Translations under genes and position numbers: made by a program
Source: Candidatus Eiseniibacteriota bacterium
GTDB taxonomy: Bacteria; Eisenbacteria; RBG-16-71-46
Assembly (NCBI GenBank): GCA_044223005.1
Contig: JBGAML010000017.1
Span: 1-64,000 of the forward strand
Reading direction: 5' to 3'
Length of the DNA stretch: 64,000 nucleotides
Shown: positions 57,666-64,000 of the stretch, in pieces
Layout of the letters: every line of letters begins with the position of its first letter
Position numbering within the stretch: the first letter of the stretch is position 1
The notes under the pieces: model-generated
Database searches by the model: none
What the model saw: the letters and a program-made list of their open reading frames with translations, nothing else
What the model was told of the DNA's origin: nothing

Positions 57666-58784
57666 ATGATCGACCGCACCCGGCTGCTCGCCGTCGTCCG
57701 CAAGGAGTTCCTGCAGCTGCGCCGCGATCCGCGCAGCATGGCGCTGTCGTTCGTGCTGCCGCTCGTGCTGCTCGTCTTCTTCGGCTACGCGATCACGTTC
57801 GACGTCAACCACATCCGCATGGCGGTGATCGACCAGGACCACGGCCGGCGCGCCCGCGACCTCGTGGACGCGTTCCGCGCTGCGGAACGCTTCGACCTCG
57901 TCCCCGCGCCCGCGGATCCGTCCGCGATCGGCCCGCTGCTCGACCGCTCGGTGGTCCGCATGGTGCTCGTGATCCCGCCCGATTTCAGCGCCGACCTCGG
58001 CGCCGGGCGCACGGCGGTCGTGCAGGCGATCGTCGACGGTGGCGACGCGAACACGGCGACCATCGCGATCGGCTACACGCAGGCGCTGGTGCAGCAGTTC
58101 TCGACCCGCCTGCTCCTGCAGGCGCGCCAGCTGCATCCACCGGTCGAGGCGAGCACCCGCGTCTGGTTCAACGAGGAGCTTTCCAGCCGCAACATGATCG
58201 TCCCCGGGCTGGTCGTGCTGATCATGATGATCATCGCCGGCCTGCTCACGTCGCTCACCATCGCGCGCGAGTGGGAACGCGGCACGATGGAGCAGCTGGC
58301 GGCGACACCCGTCACGCGCGTGGAGATCGTGCTGGGCAAGCTCGCACCCTTCCTCGTCATCGGGCTCGTCGACGTGGCGGTGACGTCGGTGGTCGGGGTC
58401 TGGCTGTTCCACGTCCCCTTCCGCGGCAACGCGCTCTTCCTGATCGGGCCCACGACGCTGTTCCTCGTCGGCACGCTCGCCATGGGGCTCGCGATCTCCG
58501 CGGTCACGCGGACGCAGCTGCTCGCCACGCAGGTCGGCATGATCGCCACGTTCCTGCCCGGGTTCCTGCTGTCGGGGTTCATGTACGCGATCTCCAGCAT
58601 GCCCCTGCCGCTGCGCGTGCTCACGTACTTCGTGCCCGCGCGCTACTTCCTGGTGGTCGTGCGCGGCGTGTTCCTCAAGGGCATCGGGCCGTGGGTGCTC
58701 TGGCCTGAGGTGCTGCTCATGGCGCTCTACGCCGCGCTCATGCTGGTCCTGGCCGTGCGCGCGTTCCGCAAGGAGCTCACGTGA
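57666..58784 (+). CDS. ABC-2 type permease (YbhS-like)
   Basis: KEFLQLRRDPR, AREWERGTMEQL, LLSGFMY. Confidence 0.92.
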   Translation: MIDRTRLLAVVRKEFLQLRRDPRSMALSFVLPLVLLVFFGYAITFDVNHIRMAVIDQDHGRRARDLVDAFRAAERFDLVPAPADPSAIGPLLDRSVVRMVLVIPPDFSADLGAGRTAVVQAIVDGGDANTATIAIGYTQALVQQFSTRLLLQARQLHPPVEASTRVWFNEELSSRNMIVPGLVVLIMMIIAGLLTSLTIAREWERGTMEQLAATPVTRVEIVLGKLAPFLVIGLVDVAVTSVVGVWLFHVPFRGNALFLIGPTTLFLVGTLAMGLAISAVTRTQLLATQVGMIATFLPGFLLSGFMYAISSMPLPLRVLTYFVPARYFLVVVRGVFLKGIGPWVLWPEVLLMALYAALMLVLAVRAFRKELT

Positions 58785-59896
58785 TGTCGCACCCGAGTCT
58801 CGAGCGCATCGGCGAGCTCGTCCGCAAGGAGCTCATCCAGGTCGTGCGCGACCCGCGGCTGCTGCGGCTCGTGATCGTGGCGCCGATCCTGCAGCTGCTG
58901 GCGTTCGGCTACGCCGTGTCGACCGACGTGCGCGACACGCCGACATTCGTCGTGGACCTCGACCATACGGCCGCGGCGCGCGACCTCACCGCGACGATGT
59001 TCTCGACCGGCTACTTCCGCCCCGCCGGCACGTCGGACCGGCCGCGCGACCTCGTCGGGGCGATCGACCGCGGCCAGGCTTCGGTGGGCCTCGTGATCCC
59101 GCGCGGCTTCGCGCGCGACCTCGCCCGCGGCGGCGCACAGGTGCAGGTCGTTCTCGACGGCACCAGCTCCAACACCGCGACGATCGCGATGGGCTACTCG
59201 CAGCGCATCGTGCAGGCGTGGGGACTCGCGCGGGCGGGGGTGGCGTACCGGCTGCCCGTCGAGTTGCGAGAGCGCGCCTGGTTCAACCCCGACCTCTCGT
59301 CGCGCGACTACAACGTGCCCGCCGTGATCGGCAACGTGCTCATGATCCTGAGCCTCATGCTCACCGCGCTCGCCGTGGTCCGCGAGCGCGAACTGGGCAC
59401 GCTCGAACAGCTCATGGTGAGCCCGCTCACCCCGGGCGAGCTCATCATCGGCAAGACGCTGCCGTTCGCGCTGCTCTGCATGCTCGACCTGCTGCTCATC
59501 ACGACGGTGGCGCTGGCCTGGTTCCGGGTGCCGTTCCACGGCAACTTCGCGCTGCTGCTGCTCGCGGGCCTGCTCTACCTGGTCTGCATGCTGGGGCTCG
59601 GGCTGCTGATCTCGACCCTGGCGAAGACGCAGCAGGAAGCCGTGCTCACGATCTTCCTCTTCATCATGCCGCTCATGCTGCTCTCGGGATTCATGTTCCC
59701 GGTGGCCAGCATGCCCGCCGGATTCCGGTACCTGACGCTCTTCAATCCGCTGCGGCACTTCCTCGAGATCGTGCGCGCGATCTTCCTCAAGGGCGCCGGT
59801 CTCGGCGCGCTCTGGCCGCAGTTCCTCGCGCTCGTCCTGCTCGGCGCCACGACGCTGGCGCTCGCCGGGCGGCGCTTCCGCAAGACGGCCGCGTGA
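58784..59896 (+). CDS. ABC-2 type permease (YbhR-like)
   Basis: KELIQVVRDPR, VRERELGTLEQL, LLSGFMFPVASMP. Confidence 0.92.
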   Translation: MSHPSLERIGELVRKELIQVVRDPRLLRLVIVAPILQLLAFGYAVSTDVRDTPTFVVDLDHTAAARDLTATMFSTGYFRPAGTSDRPRDLVGAIDRGQASVGLVIPRGFARDLARGGAQVQVVLDGTSSNTATIAMGYSQRIVQAWGLARAGVAYRLPVELRERAWFNPDLSSRDYNVPAVIGNVLMILSLMLTALAVVRERELGTLEQLMVSPLTPGELIIGKTLPFALLCMLDLLLITTVALAWFRVPFHGNFALLLLAGLLYLVCMLGLGLLISTLAKTQQEAVLTIFLFIMPLMLLSGFMFPVASMPAGFRYLTLFNPLRHFLEIVRAIFLKGAGLGALWPQFLALVLLGATTLALAGRRFRKTAA

Positions 59897-60134
59897 CGCC
59901 CGGCGCGCCGGAACGTCCTCGCCCGGCCGCACCCTGACGCGGCGCGCCGGTCGCGACGGACGCGCCCCGGGAGCGGCGGAACCCCGCGCTCCCGCGGGCG
60001 CGCGATGCGTTTACCGGGGCCGCCGGGGCGGGCTATACTGCGGCGGCATCTGTGCTGCACCACTCACACTTTCCGATGCGTTCCCGCGCGCCGGCCGGAG
60101 GCTCTCGCGGCGGGACGCTGTGCCGAGGAATCCC

Positions 60135-61535
60135 ATGAATCTCGAACTGAAGACCCTCGACGAAGTCCGCCAGGCGACGGCGGTGCTCGCCACCGGAAAC
60201 GGCGACGCCCTCGACCGCCTCGTGTGGACCGGCGTGTTCGGCACCGGCGAGGTGCGCGACGTCGCGCGCCAGTCCGTGCTCGACCAGTGCAAGAGCGTCG
60301 GGATCTACCCCGCCTCGATCCACGACCTCTACATGGCCCGCGGCCGTGGCGAGGTGCCGGCGACCTTCACCGTGCCGGCCATCAATATCCGCGGCATCGC
60401 GTACGACACCGCCCGCGCGCTCTTCCGCGCCCGCAAGGCGCTCGACGCGGGCGCCGTGCTGATCGAGATCGCTCGCTCGGAGATGACCTACACCGACCAG
60501 CGCCCGACCGAGTACGTGTTCGTGCTCCTCGCGGCCGCGCTGCGCGAAGGCTGGAAGGGCCCGGTGTTCGTGCAGGGCGACCACTTCCAGATCAACGCCA
60601 AGAAGTACGCCGCCGATCCGGCCGCCGAGAAGAAGACGGTGACCGACCTCGCCGCCGAGGCGATCGCGGCCGGCTTCTACAACATCGACGTCGACACGTC
60701 GACGCTGGTCGAGCTGGAGAAGCCCACGCACCGCGAGCAGCAGCAGCTCAACGGTACGATCTGCGCCGAGATCACCGCGTTCATCCGCAAGCACGAGCCC
60801 AAGGGCGTGCACGTGTCGGTGGGCGGCGAGATCGGTGAGGTCGGCGGCCGCAACTCCACCGCCGAAGAGCTCGAGGCGTTCGTCGAGATCTTCAACGCCA
60901 AGCTCGCCCAACTCGCCCCCGGCGCGCCCGGCATGAGCAAGATCTCGATCCAGACCGGCACGAGCCACGGCGGCGTGCCGCTGCCGGACGGCACGATCGC
61001 CAAGGTCAAGCTCGACTTCGACACGCTCGAGAACCTGAGCAAGCTCTCGACCCAGAAGTACGGCTTCGCCGGCACCGTGCAGCACGGCGCCTCGACGCTG
61101 CCGTCGGAGCTGTTCGGCGAGTTCCCGAAGCGGTTCGCGTGCGAGATCCATCTCGCGACCGAGTTCCAGAACATGATCTTCGACCACCCGAAGTTCCCGG
61201 CCGAGCTGAAGAACCGCATCTACGACGACCTGCGCGTCTCCGCGGCCGGCGAGCGCAAGGCCGGCGACACCGAGGAGCAGTTCCTCTACAAGGCGCGCAA
61301 GAAGGCACTCGGCGCGTTCAAGAAGGAGCTGTGGTCGCTGCCCGCGGACGTGCGCGGAGCGATCGGCCAGTCGCTCGAGGAACGCTTCACGTTCCTGCTC
61401 AAGCAGCTCAAGGCGGACGGCACGCGTGCCGTGGCCGAGAAGTACGCGCCGTTCGTGCCGGGCTCGTTCCCGAGCGCCACGCCGAACGTCGCCGTCGTCA
61501 GTGGACCCGAGGACGTGACCGGACTCTCCGACTGA
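60135..61535 (+). CDS. Class II fructose-bisphosphate aldolase-like protein (long variant)
   Basis: VPAINIRG, QGDHFQ, GGEIGEVG, QTGTSHGG, VQHGASTL, IHLATEFQ; adjacent to fbp. Confidence 0.85.
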   Translation: MNLELKTLDEVRQATAVLATGNGDALDRLVWTGVFGTGEVRDVARQSVLDQCKSVGIYPASIHDLYMARGRGEVPATFTVPAINIRGIAYDTARALFRARKALDAGAVLIEIARSEMTYTDQRPTEYVFVLLAAALREGWKGPVFVQGDHFQINAKKYAADPAAEKKTVTDLAAEAIAAGFYNIDVDTSTLVELEKPTHREQQQLNGTICAEITAFIRKHEPKGVHVSVGGEIGEVGGRNSTAEELEAFVEIFNAKLAQLAPGAPGMSKISIQTGTSHGGVPLPDGTIAKVKLDFDTLENLSKLSTQKYGFAGTVQHGASTLPSELFGEFPKRFACEIHLATEFQNMIFDHPKFPAELKNRIYDDLRVSAAGERKAGDTEEQFLYKARKKALGAFKKELWSLPADVRGAIGQSLEERFTFLLKQLKADGTRAVAEKYAPFVPGSFPSATPNVAVVSGPEDVTGLSD

Positions 61536-61552
61536 GAGCGGAAAGGAGCCCC

Positions 61553-62584
61553 ATGATCGATCGCGCCGTCACATTGTCCCAGTTCGTGCTTCAGCAGGAA
61601 CGGGATCACCCCGAAGCGAGTGGCGAGTTCACGAGCGTCCTGCTCGACATCGCGCTGGCCGCCAAGATGATCAACAAGGCGGTCGTGCGGGCCGGGCTGG
61701 TCGACGTGCTCGGCGCGACGGGCACCACCAACGTCCAGGGCGAACGCGTCCAGAAGCTCGACGTGTTCGCGCACGAGACGATCATGATGGTGCTCGGCTC
61801 CACGGGCCAGCTGGCCGTGGTGGCTTCGGAGGAGGACGAGGGCATCGTCCCGATGCCCGACGGCGCGCCGATCGGCAAGTACGTGGTGAACTTCGACCCG
61901 CTCGACGGCTCGTCGAACATCGACGCGAACGTCAACATCGGGACGATCTTCTCCATCCTGCCGCGCATCTCGCGCAAGGGGCACGGTACGGTCGAGGACT
62001 GCCTGCAGGCGGGCCGGCGCCAATTGTGCGCCGGCTACGTCCTCTACGGCACCACGACGATGCTCGTCTACACGACCGGCGACGGCGTGCACGGGTTCAC
62101 GTTCGAGCCCAGCATCGGCGAGTTCCTGCTCTCGCACCCGAACATCCGCACGCCCTCGCGCGGACGGATCTACAGCGTGAACGAGGGCAACTACGGCAAG
62201 TGGTCCGACGGCATGAAGCGCTACGTCGACTGGCTCAAGCAGGAAGACAAGGCGACAGGCCGGCCGTACAGCGGACGCTACGTCGGCTCGCTGGTCGCGG
62301 ACTTCCACCGCAACCTGCTCTACGGGGGCATCTACCTCTACCCCGGCGACGGCAAGAACCCGAACGGCAAGCTGCGCCTGCTCTACGAGTGCGCGCCGCT
62401 GGCGTTCATCGCCGAGCAGGCGGGCGGCGCGGCGAGCAACGGCTCACGGCGCATCATGGATCTCGCGCCCGAGTCGCTGCACCAGCGTTCGCCGATCTTC
62501 ATCGGCAGCCCCGAAGACGTGAAGGATTGCGAGCAGTTCCTCGCCGGGCGGCACGAGGCGGTCACCAGCGAGCGCCGCGCGTAG
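61553..62584 (+). CDS. fbp: Class 1 fructose-1,6-bisphosphatase
   Basis: NVQGERVQKLD, ASEED, FDPLDGSSNIDAN, RYVGSLVADFHRNLL, GKLRLLYE. Confidence 0.96.
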   Translation: MIDRAVTLSQFVLQQERDHPEASGEFTSVLLDIALAAKMINKAVVRAGLVDVLGATGTTNVQGERVQKLDVFAHETIMMVLGSTGQLAVVASEEDEGIVPMPDGAPIGKYVVNFDPLDGSSNIDANVNIGTIFSILPRISRKGHGTVEDCLQAGRRQLCAGYVLYGTTTMLVYTTGDGVHGFTFEPSIGEFLLSHPNIRTPSRGRIYSVNEGNYGKWSDGMKRYVDWLKQEDKATGRPYSGRYVGSLVADFHRNLLYGGIYLYPGDGKNPNGKLRLLYECAPLAFIAEQAGGAASNGSRRIMDLAPESLHQRSPIFIGSPEDVKDCEQFLAGRHEAVTSERRA

Positions 62585-62604
62585 CACCCAAGCCGCAAAC
62601 GTCA

Positions 62605-62642
62605 CGACGGCCCGCCGCGCTCGCGGCGGGCCGTCGCGTTTT
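62605..62642 (+). terminator. Rho-independent terminator after fbp
   Basis: CGACGGCCCGCCGC-gctc-GCGGCGGGCCGTCG stem followed by CGTTTT. Confidence 0.8.
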
Positions 62643-62935
62643 CGCCCCGGGAAACGCAGGCGCGGCGGGCGTGGCCGGCGGGCGTCCGGGGTGCTAGCGT
62701 TGTGGACGTGAGGCGCAGGCGCGGCGCCCGGTCGTGGCAGGACGATCTCCCGCACGGGGCCGCGTCGCCCGGAGGGTGCGGCGAGCCGCCCCGTGGCCGC
62801 GAGGTGCGGCCCGCCACCCGGCGGTGATCCGCTGCCGGCATCGCCCCCTCCCCGCGCGCGTTCGCGTGCACTCGTCCGCCTCGCCGGCCGCGGGCCGTCG
62901 CTTCGCCGCCTCGCGCGGAAAGGAGGCGAGAGCCC

Positions 62936-63628
62936 ATGTCGACCGATCCCCGGAACTCCCGGGGCGCGGCTCCGTATCTCGTCGCGTTCGCCGTGCTGGC
63001 GCTGCTGGCCGGTGCGATCGCCGGCGAGGCGCGACCGAAGCGGCGGCCGCCGACCCCGGCCCCCGTCACGGATTCGACGCTCGCACTGCCCGACCCCGAC
63101 GTGCGGGACACGCCCGCCAATCTCCAGCTCCTGTTCGCCGTCGAAGTGAACGCGCAGGCCCGCTACCAGGCCTTCGCGCAACAGGCCGTGGTGGAACATC
63201 GCGACTCGCTCGCAGCGCTCTTCCGCGCGTGTGCCGTCGCGGAATCGGTGCACGCGAAGCGCCACGTCGAGGCGATCGCCACCACCGGCGCGCCCGCGCG
63301 CGCGGTGCTGGAGAAGCTCGCGGTCGGTACCACCGACGCCAACCTCGAGACCGCGCTGGCGCACGAACGCTGGGAGGTCGAACGGCTCTATCCCGCGATG
63401 CGCGACCGGGCGCGGGCGCAGGGCCACGCCATGGCGGTTCGCAGCACCACCTACGCCCTGGCGGCCGAGCGCGGCCACCTCGCGCTGCTCGAGGCCGCGA
63501 AGGCGGGGCGTCTGCCGGCGAACGGCTACTGGGTCTGTGGCGGCTGCGGCCGCACGGTCACCGAAGCGCCGCGCGGCCACTGCCCGACCTGCTTCGCCAA
63601 CGCGCGCCGGTTCGTGCACACGAGTTGA
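62936..63628 (+). CDS. Rubrerythrin-family protein with N-terminal signal peptide
   Basis: FAVEVNAQARY, AESVHA, HERWE..LYP, AERGH; CGGCG..CPTC rubredoxin-like domain; hydrophobic leader LVAFAVLALLAGAIAGEA. Confidence 0.85.
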   Translation: MSTDPRNSRGAAPYLVAFAVLALLAGAIAGEARPKRRPPTPAPVTDSTLALPDPDVRDTPANLQLLFAVEVNAQARYQAFAQQAVVEHRDSLAALFRACAVAESVHAKRHVEAIATTGAPARAVLEKLAVGTTDANLETALAHERWEVERLYPAMRDRARAQGHAMAVRSTTYALAAERGHLALLEAAKAGRLPANGYWVCGGCGRTVTEAPRGHCPTCFANARRFVHTS

Positions 63629-63678
63629 CCCACCGGCGGCGCGGCCGAGCGCCGAGCCGCCGTGACCGGAGGCTTGCC

Positions 63679-64000
63679 ATGTTGCTCTCCTTCTGGCCAT
63701 CGCTGCCGGGGTGGGACGGACTCCACCCCGCGCTGACCCACTTCCCCGTCGCGCTGCTGTTCGTGGCGCCGCTGCTGGTGCTGGCCTGCGGCATCGCCAG
63801 CGCGCTGGGCCGGCCCGCGTGGCGCCCCTGGGCCGACGCGGCGCTCGTCGTGCTCGCGCTCGGCGCGCTGTCGGCGTGGCTTGCCGCCGGCAGCGGGCAC
63901 GCCGCGGCGCAACTCGTCGATCACGGCGGCGCGCTCGCGGCCCCGATCGCGCGACACGAGCGGCTGGGCGTCGCGACGCGTGACTTGTTCACGCTGCTCG
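63679..64000 (+). CDS. DUF2231-like membrane protein (runs off the window end)
   Basis: Manual translation from ATG 63679: MLLSFWPSLPGWDGLHPALTHFPVALL...AAGSG...IARHERLG; GGAGG RBS. Confidence 0.75.
   Translation, partial: MLLSFWPSLPGWDGLHPALTHFPVALLFVAPLLVLACGIASALGRPAWRPWADAALVVLALGALSAWLAAGSGHAAAQLVDHGGALAAPIARHERLGVATRDLFTLL

Overview
Very GC-rich, gene-dense window from a diderm bacterium (TonB-dependent receptor, OmpA domain, outer-membrane barrels); I could not assign the taxon. It opens inside a giant (>2990 aa) surface protein with ten near-identical 378-bp DUF11 repeats, a predicted beta-barrel region and a C-terminal OmpA domain. Next come a three-gene periplasmic dehydrogenase (Tat subunit, GMC flavoprotein, multiheme cytochrome c/cytochrome b fusion), housekeeping genes (fused 2-oxoacid dehydrogenase E1, ggt, glutaryl-CoA dehydrogenase-like, pdxH, thyX, fdhD, aldolase, fbp) and a cupredoxin/orphan histidine kinase/porin triad. 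A LytS/LytTR + SpoIIE-phosphatase + TPR + TonB-receptor locus stands out: its kinase and phosphatase share a homologous membrane sensor domain, and both are preceded by AlgR-like tandem boxes. The rest holds a small accessory island (orphan gene, HNH nuclease, decayed IS481, 141-bp palindromic element), an hcrCAB-like molybdoenzyme operon with xdhC/mocA, a Ni/Co ECF transporter, a TetR-controlled YbhGFSR-like ABC exporter and a signal-peptide-bearing rubrerythrin. I saw no rRNA, tRNA or CRISPR array. All calls come from motif recognition by eye; no database searches were run.
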